DNA from: Octopus sinensis
Taxonomy: Eukaryota
Assembly (NCBI RefSeq): GCF_006345805.1
Contig: NC_043021.1
Coordinates: 10,540,001-10,604,000, forward strand
Direction: 5' to 3'
DNA: 64,000 bases
Under the pieces are notes generated by a model. It ran no database searches and had not been told where the DNA came from. It saw only the letters and a program-made list of their open reading frames with translations. Position 1 is the stretch's first letter; the number at the start of each line of letters is the position of its first letter. Positions 35,021 through 48,158 of the stretch are shown piece by piece. A program made the translations under genes and the position numbers.

Positions 35021-36704
35021 TCAGGCCATATCCCGTGGCCCTACCTGGGACGTAGTCGATCCACCTGTGCATACCTTCCTCTCTTGTGACACTTGTGAAG
35101 ACCTGCTGAGGCAAGTGAAAATCAATCAAAATAGATGAACATCAATGGAATTTGTATCTTTGTGGTACCAGTGCCTGTGGCACACAAGAAAACCATCCGA
35201 ACGTGGCCGTCAAACCGTACGATCGACTGGCCTCCGTGCTGTGGGAAGCCTCATCTAGCACCTGTGTCGGTGGCACATAAAAACACCATCCGAAGACCCG
35301 GCAAGACTAGTCAGGCCATAACCCATGGCCCCTACCTGGACGTAGTCAGTCCACTGTGCATACCTTCCTTCCTTCTTGTGACACTTGTGAAGACCTGTTG
35401 AGGCAAGTGAAAATCAAATCAAAACAAATCAAAATAGATGAACATCAATGGAATCTGTATCTTTGTGGTACCAGTGCCGGTGGCACACACTTTGTGGTAC
35501 CAGTGCCGGTGGCACACATGAGAACCATCCGAACGTGGCCGTAGCCAGTTCCGCATCGACCGGCCTCCGTGCTGTGGGCACGTAACAAACACCATCCGAT
35601 CATGGCCGTTCGCCAGCCTCATCTGGCACCTGTGTCGGTGGCACATAAAAATACCTTCCGAAGACCCGGCAAGACTAGTCAGTCCACCTGTGCATACCTT
35701 CCTTCCTTCTTGTGACACTTGTGAAGACCGGTTGAGGCAAGTGAAAATCAAATCAAATCAAATCAAAATAGACAAAATAGATGAACATCAATGGAATTTG
35801 TATCTTGTGGTACCAGTGCCTGTGGCACACAAGAAATCCATCAGTGCCGTAGTCAGTGCGGTGGGCACATGAAAAACACCATCCGATCGTGGCCGTTCGC
35901 CAGCCTCATCTAGCACCTGTGTCGGTGGCACATAAAAACACCATCCGAAGACCCGGCAAGACTAGTCAGGCCATAACCCATGGCCCCTACCTGGGACGTA
36001 GTCAGTCCACCTGTGCATACCTTCCTTCTTGTGACACTTGTGAAGACCTGTTGAGGCAAGTGAAAATCAAATCAAATCAAAACAAATCAAAATAGATGAA
36101 CATCAATGGAATTTGTATCTTTGTGGTACCAGTGCCGGTGGCACGTGGCACATAAGAAAACCATCCGAACGTGGCCGTAGCCAGTACCGCATCGACTGGC
36201 CTCCGTGCTGTGGGCACGTAACAAGCACCATCCGATCGTGGCCGTTTGCCAGCCTCATCTGGCACCTGTGTCGGTGGCACATAAAAACATCATCCGAGCG
36301 TGGCCGTCTGCCAGCCTCGTCTGGCACCTGTGTCGGTGGCACATAAAAACACCATCCGAGCGTGGCCGTCTGCCAGCCTCGTCTGGCACCTGTGTCGGTG
36401 GCACATAAAAACACCATCCGAGCGTGGCCGTCTGCCAGCCTCGTCTGGCACCTGTGTCGGTGGCACATAAAAACACCATCCGAGCGTGGCCGTTTGTCAG
36501 CCTCGTCTGGCACCTGTGTCGGTGGCACATAAAATCACCCACTACACTCTTGGAGTGGTTGGCGTTAGGAAGGGCATCCAGCTGTAGAAACACTGCCAGA
36601 TCTGACTGGACTGGTGCAGCTTTCGGGCTCCCCAGACCCCAGTTGAACCGTCCAACCCATGCTAGCATGGAGAGCGGACGTTAAATGATGATGATGATGA
36701 TGAT
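35021..36704 (+). mobile_element. RTE 3' UTR with nested tandem duplications and a (GAT)n tail
   Basis: Four 290-370-bp units (starts 35015, 35305, 35673, 35960), 62-bp units (36259, 36321, 36383, 36445, 36507), terminal ggcgttaggaagggcatccagc...ggacgttaaat(gat)n. Confidence 0.88.
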
Positions 36705-37216
36705 ACATATTTATGTATGTCTTTGTCTGTCTCCCCACCATCACTTGACAACCGATGGTGGCATGTTTATGTCCCAGTAACTTAGTGGTTCGGTAAAAGA
36801 GAATAAGTACTTGGCTTAAAAAGAACAAGTCCTGGGGTCGATTTCTTTAAGGCAGCGCTCCAGCATGGCCACAGTCAAATTACTGTGGCATGTAAATGAA
36901 TATCCCCTTGGCCAGACACGTTCTCCTAGAATATTGGAAATGAATGACACTGCTTGTATGACAGTGGCACTCATTTACATCTATCAAGCAATGTCAAGAC
37001 AAGGAGATGACAGGCTTATTTCAGTTTCCGGCTACCAAATCCACTCACAAAGTTTTGGATGGGCTATTGTAATACTAGACACCTGCCTGAGATCTGAGTT
37101 GTCACTTAGTGGGACCGAACCCAGGGCCACACGATTGGAAAGCAAACTTCTTACCACACAGCCACTCCTGTGCCTCTCCCTTCAAACAAATGAAACAAAT
37201 AAAAAAGATCTATATA

Positions 37217-37710
37217 TGGCTGTGCGGTGAGAAGCTTGCTTCCCAACCACATGGTTCCAGGCTCTGTTCCACTGTGTGGCACCTTGGGCAAGTGTCTTCT
37301 TCTATAGCTTCAGGCTGACCAAAGCCTTGTGAGTGGATTTGGTAGATGGAAACTGAAAGAAGCCTGTTGCATGCATATATATATATATATAAAGTATTTA
37401 TGTATGTGTATATGTATGTATATGTGTATGTATGTATATCTATGTATGTATATCTATATATGTATGTATGTGTATGTATATATATGTATGTATGTGTTTG
37501 TGTGTCTGTGTTTGACCCCTCACCATCGCTTGACAACTTATGTTGGTGTGTTTACATCCCTGTGACTTAGTGGTTTGGCAAAAGACACCCTTATAGAATA
37601 AGTACTAGACTTACAAAGAATAAGTCCAGGGCGTCGATTTGTTTGACTGAAAAGGCAGTGCTCCAGTATGGCCGCAGTCAAGTGACTGAAACAAGTAATA
37701 GAATAAAAGA
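37217..37710 (+). mobile_element. SINE family A with an expanded central (TA/TG) tract
   Basis: Complete head, body and tail. Confidence 0.88.
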
Positions 37711-39444
37711 ATGAAATGTGGAATGGCCACTGTTAACACTTTTCTCATTTATTACAGGTTTTCTGTCCACTTCCTTCTCACCTTTCTTCTTACTCACCTT
37801 CATTGTTAACAAAACACCTGAAAGTCAAACTGTTTGTTGAATCCTGTCACACCATGCCCCTTGTTTCTGCTTTCCAGCTAACCCCTTTCCCCTCTTTTTT
37901 TTTCTTCCTTTTCCCTACATTTTTTCAGTGCATAGGTTTTTCTCTCAGCCACACAGTCCCATACCTTACACACACAGACACACACACATAGAAAATTACT
38001 ATTTGTAAATCTTTCAACAAGAGACGACATTCAGTAACTGTACTCTAGAGTATGTTTACCTATTTCTTTACTACCCACAAGGGGCTAAACACAGAGAGGA
38101 CAAACAAGGACAGACAAACGGATGAAGTTGATTATATCGACCTCAGACCTCAGTGCGTAACTGGTACTTATTTAATCGACCCCGAAAGGATGAAAGCAAA
38201 GTCGACCTCACTGGCAAATAATCTTTACTATATATATATATGCATAGGTGCAGGATTGGCTGTGTGGTAAATAGCTTGCTTACCAACCACATGCTTCCGG
38301 GTTCAGTCCCACTACATGGCATCTTGGACAAGTGTTTTCAGGCCAACCAAAGCCTTGTAAGCGGACTTGGTAGATGGAAACTGAAAGAAGCCCGTCATAC
38401 ACACAACCTTTACCAGCGACTTACTGCACACACACAAATCCACACATACATACACAAACATAAACAGACATACACATGCATAATACATACACAGATACAT
38501 AAACATATCTATATACACACACATATACAAATATACATACTCACATGAACACAAACATAATACATATAGACGCACGCATACAAAAACATACATAATACAC
38601 TTAGGCACACATACATACCTATACATACACTCATGCACACACCACTACTGTTACAGCTAACTTCACTTGTCCTACCACCACTATTACTAATACTACCAAT
38701 AACACTGCCACCACCATCACCAAACACATTTATGTCCATCCACCCATAAAATTATTTAACACTATTTTTGTTTCCTTTGCTTGTCAAACATGGATGTATC
38801 CACCATCACCTGTGCTCCACCGCTCCTACCTCCCTTGCCATCCTCTACCATCCACCCTTTACCTCATATTCATGGCCACCCTGTGGACTTCAGGGTGGTA
38901 GGTAATGATCTCTTTACTCAAAAAATTACACCATCACCACCACCATCAAGGAAACCAGCCCTTGTTCAACTTGTGTTCATGCCACCCTGTGTACTTGAGG
39001 AAGAGTGGATTGACAATGGCTACCCAACCCTCTTCCACCCTTGTCTTCACACTCTTGGCCATGCTGTGTGGAGGCTTGGTTACAGGGATCCATCCCCCTC
39101 CATACACACTGTACATGAGACTACCACCACCACCACCACCACCTTTGTCCTCATTCATGGTCACCTCTGTATCTGAGGGCGAAGCGGAGGTGGAGCAGGG
39201 GGGGGCAATTCTGATATACCCCTGCATACTACTACTACTACTACAACCACTACTACCACCACCACTACTACCACCACCACCACCACTTCCACCCCCATCC
39301 TCATGGTATTAGCTATCACTGTCAGGAGGTGAAGGAGAAAGAACTATCAGCTGTTTGCTTTATTGTCTTGGGTGATTCATGTCCTCTTGTTTGGAGAGAG
39401 AGAGAGTGAGAGAGACAGTGGTGGTAGCAGTCAGTTCACCTCAC

Positions 39445-39580
39445 CCTCTTTCCCTCTTCTCTCTTCACTGCTGCTTCAACTCCTGTATTGATCTTGCTGT
39501 TCCTCTCACCACCACTCAGACGGAAGAGAGTGACATAAGCTAAAAATTGATTGAAAAAATTAAACTGAAGGATTAGTGCA

Positions 39581-39629
<49 letters not shown>

Positions 39630-40327
39630 TTCTTTCATTTTTTTCCTTTTCTCTTTCTTACATTATGTATACATATCTGTGTGTATATGTGTTTGTCTGT
39701 GTCCATATCTATCTGTGTGTGTGTGTGTGTGTGTGTGTGGCTGCACATGCAGATAACTGTGTGTGTGTCTGCACTGTGTGTTGGGAGAGAACAAGAGTTT
39801 GTATTGTAAGCATAGAATAAGTTATTAGTGTGCGTATGTTCAGTTTTGACATGTGTGGATATGTATGTACATGACACAATATACATATATATATATACAC
39901 CCTTCTAGATTTACTTACAGTGTTTGTCTATCCTGTGTGTCCACCACAAGCCACCTGACACTCTGTGTATACACACACACCTCTTTATTCTATTCCGCCT
40001 GCTCTGGATGTTCCCTATAGTGTACTTAACTATTGCTTATAACTTGCAGAATGCTTGCCATGTGCAACAGTCTACAGGCACTTCTCTCTCTCTCTTTCTC
40101 TCTCTCCCTATCTATCTCTTTGCCTTCCAGCTGTCTGCGTTGCCCTTGGCAACCATTTGCTTCCTTGGCAGTGGAGTGCAGCATGCTACATGTTACTCTG
40201 CTGCCGGCTTACGACAACACCACTCGGAGTGGAGCAAGCAGTGTTGTCTCGTTTTTCTCCCCGTCTCACTCGTTCATGCTTACTCACCTCGTGCCTCCAC
40301 AGACCTCCTCACTCCTGCGTAATCCAT
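39445..40327 (-). CDS. Candidate nested antisense spliced ORF (40327-40288 joined to 39539-39445), unknown product
   Basis: Kozak-like GAGGCG-ATG-G, consensus donor GAG|GTGAGT, acceptor tttttAG, only one open frame after the splice, second donor AGG|GTGAGG. No homolog recognised. Confidence 0.3.
40139..40153. promoter_or_regulatory. Candidate RFX X-box GTTGCC-CTT-GGCAAC
   Basis: Fits GTNRCC-N0-3-RGYAAC with perfectly palindromic halves, in non-repeat sequence. Confidence 0.35.
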
Positions 40328-41599
40328 CGCCTCTTTCAATTACACCGACTGGAGATTAGATCGAAGGAGATGTACAGCCTTCTGTATGGATAAACACATG
40401 TACACATTCACACATACACACACACATATATACGCATGTATGTGCATATGTGCACTTTGGCTGCAGCCGGGAATGGTAGTACTATTATTAAGAATGCATG
40501 TGGATTATTGTGAAGTAGGATCAGTCTGATTGAGGTATTGTCTTACCTTAATGAATCTATCTCACAGACAAATCAGGGGGAAAAAAATAATAATAAAAGA
40601 AAAGAACAATAACAAAAAAACATAAAAACCCCTCCATCGGCCTACCTACTTCCTCGGTATTCTTTTTTTTTTTTTGTATCACTTGTTTTTACATGGATCT
40701 TACGAGTTCCTGCTTCGAGGTAAACTAATTAAATCCAGGTGGGTGTTTTTTGAGCTTGTCTTCGTTTGTGTTTATGTTTTCTTTGCTTATAGCTCTTCGT
40801 TGCCGTTGTCTAATTCAGCCCTGACAGAAGGGGTTCAAGTTGAGTCTGTCTTCATTTTTGCCAACAAAGTAACAAAGTCAATAAATACGCCCTGTTTCCA
40901 TTGTCTTTTTCATAACTTCTGTAATAGTAGATATAGCACTGTTAGTGTCTTGGTGGCTGTTGTTTAACCCCAGGTAAATTTCTGGTCCTGCAGACCTATG
41001 ATCAAAGGTGTTCCAGTCATGACCATCCAATCCCATCTTGGATGTATTTCTTGATTTACAATCTTTCTTTTTTTTTTCTTTTTTTTTAGACAGTAAGGTG
41101 TGATTTATTAAAACTTTGGCTGCTATTTCTCACATGTCAACTAACAAGGACATAGTCTGCCTCATAAACTAATTATCTCTTGTTTGTCAAAGTTTTTTTT
41201 TTTTTGTATTTCATTATCATAGCAATGAAGCAAAAAGTAAATACAATACCTCTCAATCCACCTGTCAGTACTTTCTGTCTACCTACCCTTCTCACTGTCT
41301 CTATCTGTCTGTCTGCCTATCCTTCCTTCCCTCCATTCATTCATTCTCAGGCATTCATCCATCCATCCATCTATCCAGTCTCTCTATAATGGTTACATGG
41401 AGCATGTGTGAATTAACCAGAATTAACCACCTTTACTCTGCCTCACCCCACAAATCACAATGCTCATTGTAAGGGGCTACATAGTTCTCTTCTGACCTCT
41501 TTAAGTTACTTGCTTTCTTTCTTTCCCTTTATTCTCTATGGTTCATGTGTTTGTGTGTCATCTAAAATATATACAACAACACACACACACACACACAAC

Positions 41600-41644
<45 letters not shown>

Positions 41645-41721
41645 CATTGTTCAATGTCCATCTATCTCTCTCTTTCTCTATCCCCCCTTCTCTCTCTCTC
41701 TCTCTCTCCTCTCTCTCTATA

Positions 41722-41766
<45 letters not shown>

Positions 41767-42024
41767 CTGCAGGCGTGGCTATGTGGTAAGAAGTTTGCTT
41801 CCAAACCACATGGTCCCAGGTTCAGTCCAACTGCTTGGCACCTGGTGTTTTTACGTCTTTGTAACTTAGTGGTTCAGCCCAAAGAGACCAGGTTTAAAAA
41901 ATAAGTACTGGGGGTCAATTCATTTGATTAAAAACTTCTCCAAGGCACTGCCCCAGTATGGCCCCAGTCTAATGACTGAAATGAATAAATGATAAAAGTT
42001 ATATACATATATGTATGTATGTAT

Positions 42025-42069
<45 letters not shown>

Positions 42070-42818
42070 GTGCAGGTGTGGGTGTGTGGTAAGGTGCTTG
42101 TTTCTCAACCACATAACTCCTGGTTCAGTCCCACTGCATGGCACCTTGGGCAAGCATCTTCTACTATAGCCTCAGGCTAGATTTGGTGCGTGGATTTGGT
42201 AGACGGAAACTAAAAGAAGCTCGTGTGTGGTGTGTGTGTATTTATATTTATGTGTGTTGATCCCCCCATTATCACCTGACAATCAATCTTGGTGTGTTTA
42301 CATCCCCATAACTTAGCAGTTTAGCAAAGCGACTGATATAATTACTAAGTCCTGGGATTGATTTGTTCAACTAAAACCCCTTAAGGCAGTGCCCCAGCAT
42401 GGCTGTAGTCTGACTGAAACAAGCAAAAGAATAAAAGAATATGCATGTGGTTGTGCGGTTAAGAAGCTTCCTTCCCAACCATGTAGTTGTGAGTTCAGTA
42501 CCACCTCACAGCGCATTGGGTGAGTGTCTTTTATAATAGCTCTAGTCTGATTCTGATGGAAACTTAAAGAAGCTTGTAATGTGTGTATAGGTGTGAGTTC
42601 CTCACTGTGCTACCACCTTGAAGAACTTTTAGTGAAATGAAACGACCCCTGTACTTTTTTTTTTTTTGAAGTCCATTACTTAATCTATCAGTCTTTTTCT
42701 ACTGAACTGCTAACTTACAGGGATGTAAACAAAGTAACAACAGTTGTCAAGCGGTGGTTGGGGACAGACAGACAGACACACACACTCTTGTATGTGTGAT
42801 AGGCTTCTTTCAGTTTCT

Positions 42819-43052
42819 TATTTCTTTACTGCCCACAAGGGGCTACACACAGAGGGGACAAACAAGGATAGACAAATGGATTAAGTCGATTGTATCGACC
42901 CCAGTGTGTAACTGGTACTTAATTTATCGACCCCAAAAGGATGAAAGGCAAAGTCGACCTCGGCGGAATTTGAACTCGGAACGTAACTGCAGACGAAATT
43001 CCGCTAAGCATTTCACCCGACGTGCTAACGTCTCTGCTGGCTCGCCGCTGAA
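42819..43052 (-). mobile_element. SINE family B nested in a family A copy (about 42650-43205)
   Basis: 18-bp TSD AGGCTTCTTTCAGTTTCT at 42801-42818 and 43053-43070. Confidence 0.9.
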
Positions 43053-43469
43053 AGGCTTCTTTCAGTTTCTGTCTACCAAATCCACTCACACGGCTTTAGT
43101 TGGCCTGAGGCCATAGTAGAAACACTTGCCCAAGGTATCATGCAGTGGGGACTGGACCTGGAACCATGTGGTCCAGAAGCAAGCTTTTTGTCACACAGCC
43201 ACGCCTGTGTTTGTTTATATATATAAAACAAAAACAATGAAATATTCTTTATATTAGTCACCCTGTCTTATGTACCTTGAATTCACATATATTGGCTGTG
43301 AGGTGATATCCTGTAAACAGTGTCAATGTATTGTTTCCTTTTCAACACATAGCCTGTACTACACTCCAATCTGGATTCCATAACAATAGGATACGATTAC
43401 AATACTTACATATGTGAACAGAAGCACATGTGAAGTTCTAAATATCGGTTATTTGTCACACAGTAGTAG

Positions 43470-43790
43470 GTTTAAACTATACAATATGATCATATATATA
43501 TATATAAACTATACAATATATTATATATATATATATATATATAAACTATACAATATGATATTATTTATATATATATATATATATAAACTATACAATATGA
43601 TTTTATATATATATATATAAAACTATACAATGTGATTTATTGATTATATATAAAAATATACAATATGATTTTATATATATATATAAACTATACAATATGA
43701 TTTTATAGTATATATAACTATACAATATGAGTTTATAATATATATATATATATAAAACTATCACTATACAATAGGATATAATATATATAT
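43470..43790 (+). repeat. AT-rich minisatellite aaactatacaatatgatt(ta)n, about 8 copies
   Basis: Fixed core separated by variable (TA) tracts. Confidence 0.85.
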
Positions 43791-43976
43791 ATATATATAT
43801 ATATAGATATATATAGTACCAATAAAATCTATTATACATTCCAGCTATTTACTTAATACTGTTATCCCAACTGCCACTACAAAGTTCCTGCAATAAATCT
43901 ATGGATAACAACAGGTAATCGAAACTATGCTGGTGCTTTACTCATCATCTATTTAAACATTTATACAATTTTCCAC

Positions 43977-44043
<67 letters not shown>

Positions 44044-44233
44044 AATGTTTTGCTTAGGCATAGCAATGCTAATAATCTGAAGTTAGAACACAGTACACAT
44101 ATGCATCGAAATAAAGTGTTAATCAAGTACAGAGCATATAATGGGATTAAGCTAATGACTAAGTAACAGGAGATTACGCAATGAACTTCATTAGTAACAA
44201 CTCAGTGCATTGCATCTCTAGCAGAAACAACTG

Positions 44234-44296
<63 letters not shown>

Positions 44297-44564
44297 GTGT
44301 GTGTGTGTGTATATATAATATATATATATATGTTGTGTGTATCTATATATATTTTATTTGTTTCTGTCATTTAATTGTGTCCATGCTGGAGCATTGCCTT
44401 AAAGGGTGTTAAGTGAAGAAATCAACCCCAGGGCTTATTCTATTGGTATTTTTGCTGAACTGCTAAGTTACGTGGACATAAACACACCAGCATCAGTTGT
44501 CAAGCAACAGTAGGGTAAAGGGTGGGTGGGACAAACCACAGAAACAATTATATATACATACATG

Positions 44565-44631
<67 letters not shown>

Positions 44632-45387
44632 TATATATACACAATAGGCTTCTTTCAGTTTCCATCTACCAAATCCACTCACAAGGCTTTGGTTGGTCTG
44701 AGGCTATAGTAGAAGACACTTGCCCAAGGTTCCCCACAGTGGGACTGAACCTGGAACCATGTGGTTGGGAAGCAAGCTTCTTACCACTCAGCATGCTTGT
44801 GTCTATTTATATGGGTGTGTGTATTTATACACACACACACACTGAGTTTTTATTTTCAGTTATGATAAAAACAATTTTACATGAATCTGACGGGTTACCC
44901 TACACTTTTGTAGAGTACAAATTTATTATTCATAACAAGGATACTGTTGACAGTAACTTTGAAGTTTTGGATGGCTAAACCATCGTAGCACTACCTGATG
45001 ATAGTTTAACTGACCGGCATGGCTGAGTGCTAAGAAGCTTGCTTCCCAACCACATGGTTCCAGGTTCAGTCCTACTGTATGTCACCTTGGGCAAGTGTCT
45101 TCTGCTAGAGCCTTGGGCCGACCAAAGCCTTATGAGTGGATTTGGTAAACTGAAACTAAAAGAAGCCTGCCTGTCTATCTATCCATCCATCCATAAGTTT
45201 ATGTATATATATCTATGTGTGTGTCTTCATTATTTTTTTCCTCTTCGCCTGTGTGAGTTGAAGGTATTGCTATCTGGGAGATATCTTATGGTAGTACAAT
45301 AGTATTTAACTGCTATTTCTAAATTTTGGTATGTGGTGAAGCAATTTTGCTAAGCCCTAATTATAATTATGTTCATAATTAAAATAA

Positions 45388-45430
<43 letters not shown>

Positions 45431-45432
<2 letters not shown>

Positions 45433-45770
45433 CGCCGGAGTGGCTGTGTGGTAAGTAGCTTGCTAACCAACCACATGGTTCCGGGTTCAGTCCCAGTGCG
45501 TGGCATCTTGGGCAAGTGTCTTCTGCTATAGCCCTGGGCCGACCAACGCCTTGTGAGTGGATTTGGTAGACGGAAACTGAAAGAAGCCTGTCGTATATAT
45601 ATGTATGTATGTGTGTGTGTTTGTCCCCCTAGCATTGTTTGATAACCGATGCTGGAGATCGATAGAATAAGTACTGGGCTTACAAAGAATAAGTCCCGGG
45701 GTTGATTTGCTCCACTAAAGGCGGTGCTCCAGCAAGGCTGCAGTCAAATGACTGAAACAAGTAAAAGAGT
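45431..45770 (+). mobile_element. SINE family A, young copy with an internal deletion
   Basis: ggcgccggagtggctgtgtggtaagtagcttgc head close to consensus. Confidence 0.9.
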
Positions 45771-47793
45771 ATATATATATAGTGTTTTTTTGTGTGTGGA
45801 AAGGCATGATGATTTGTGTATGTATATATACATTTCCAAATATCAATGTATAAATGTCTATACAACCTGCATACAAGGAGTGTCCTTTAAGTTCTAAGCC
45901 TATAATAACATCTGACATTATCAAGTGCTGTTGTTGTTGTTGTTGTTGACTCTGATCACCAACTGGAAATCAATAAAATCACATCCCCTCCACACACACA
46001 CACACACTATCTTGACTCTTATGCCTCTCTTTCTGGTATCTCAAACACACCCTCAAGATCCTTAATCCTTTCTTTCTCTTCTTACCTCTGTCTATCACTC
46101 CTTTTTCTTTCTTTCTCATTCCCTTAGCCTTTCCCTCTTTCTGTCCTTCCATGCTTTACTGAGAACATTCTTTTTTTCAACTCTCTCCCTCCCCCCTCTC
46201 TGTATAACTCTTGTAAACCTTCATATTGTCTTTAATATTATCACACACACACACACACACACTCTCTTTCTCTCTCTCTCCCCCTACACCCTTCTGTTCT
46301 CTTCTCTCTCTTCCTTTTTTATCTGATTAACTTTATCTTTTCATAAGCCCTGTGACTTTTATCTAATAATCTCTCTTCTCCTCCTCTTCTCCCTCTTCTT
46401 TATAACCTTCTTCATCTCCCCTTCTTCATATTCCCACCTCCTCCTCCTCTTTATATCCATCTCTCCCTACCACCCCTATCTTCTATCTTACTCTTCCATA
46501 CTGCTCTCCTTTCTCCCTCTCCTCCTCCCCTCTCTATAAATATTTCAGATATTTCATTCAAGGAAGCATCACTGAAATCAATTCTGTCTCAGTATATAAT
46601 TGCCACCCGTCTCTGTTGTTGTGGTAGAAGTATTTGTGATGGTGGTAAGGCTTGTTTTACTAGTATGGCTAGTTGTTGTTATTGTTGTTGTAGGTGTGGC
46701 TGTGTGGTAAGAAGTTTACTTCCCAACTACATAGTTCCGGGTTCAGTCTTACTCTGTGACACCTTTGGCAAGTGTCTCCTACTGTAGCCCCGGATCAACC
46801 GAAGCCTTATGAGTGGATTTGGCAAACAGAAACTGAAATATGTCTATGTGTGTGTATATATGTGTACACACATACACACACATTTGTGGATTAAGGCTAC
46901 CGTTTGTTTCATGTTAAATAAACCCTTAGCAATTATCTAGCCTATCCCATAGAATATTGGTGTTTGTCTCCATTTTGGATTAAAACTTACAAAAGAATCT
47001 TTATCCACCAATGTTGATCACTCATTCTCATTGTTCAATATTTACATATATCTATATATGTGTATGCATGTGTGTGTGTGTTTGTGTGTCATTGCCTTGA
47101 CATTACATGATATTTGTGATTGAGTGTCACCAATATGCAAGTTACGACCTTCATTTCCAATCTTCCATGAAAACATGTCTGGTCGTGAGAAAATGTTATC
47201 TTACTTTGAAACAGGCGAGGGTCAGCAACAGGAAGGGCATCCAACTATAGAAAACTCATCTCAACAAATTCTGTCCAACACCCGTGAGCCTGCCAACTCT
47301 CAGTGTAACAGGGGAAACAGGGGTCAGTAACAACGAGTTCTAAAAACCCTGTCATTTCAAGGGATTCACATTTCATTATGCAGTTGAGCAAGTCGAAATA
47401 CGAAAGAATGTGAGAAGGAAAATACACCAAAGGCGTTGATGGTGATTATTACGATGATGATGAGGCTGGTTCTGATGAGGATATTGATGGTGGTGATGAG
47501 GAAACGTAAAAAAAACGATGGTAAATGATGGATACGTAGAAATAATTATAGAGGGGATGCTGGTTGTATTGATAACAGTGGTGTTAGTGGAGGCAATGGT
47601 AGAGTGGTAGTAGAAGTAGCGGTATTGATAGTAATTGATAGCTCAGATCAAAGGCATTCCATCCATGACCTCATGTTTTTCATGGCATCTAGGATTGCAT
47701 TATCAAATGTGTTCTTCCTGTTTTTGTTTTTTCAAGGTGGTAGTGTGTAATTTGAGGGAGATTTGGCTGGTATTTCTTGAAGGTTGAACAAAC

Positions 47794-48158
47794 ATACTCT
47801 TTTACTTGTTTCAGTCATTTGACTGGCCATGCCGGGGCACTGACTTTTAGTCGAACAAATCGACCCCAGGACTTATTCTATCAGCCTCTTTTGCCGAACC
47901 GCTAAGTTATGGGGATGTAAACACACCAGCATGAGTTTTCAAGCAATGTTGGGGGCACAAACACAGACACACAAACACACACACACACATATACATATAT
48001 ACGATGGGCTTCTTTCAGTTTCCATCTACCAAATCCACTCATAAGGCTTTGGTCGGCCCAAGGCTATAGTAGAAGACACTTGCCCATGGTGCCAAGCAGT
48101 GGGACTGAACCCAGAACCATGTGGTTCGTAAACAAGCCACTTACCACACAGCCAATCC
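47794..48158 (-). mobile_element. SINE family A
   Basis: Reverse-complement copy. Confidence 0.88.

Noticed and set aside
35135-36828. Cluster of overlapping 60-140-aa ORFs
   Set aside because: All lie in the tandemly duplicated RTE 3' UTR; no domain motifs.
40694-40719. Plus-strand alternative first exon MDLTSSCFE|gtaaac
   Set aside because: Only an ATG and a moderate donor with no other support; too short to distinguish from chance.
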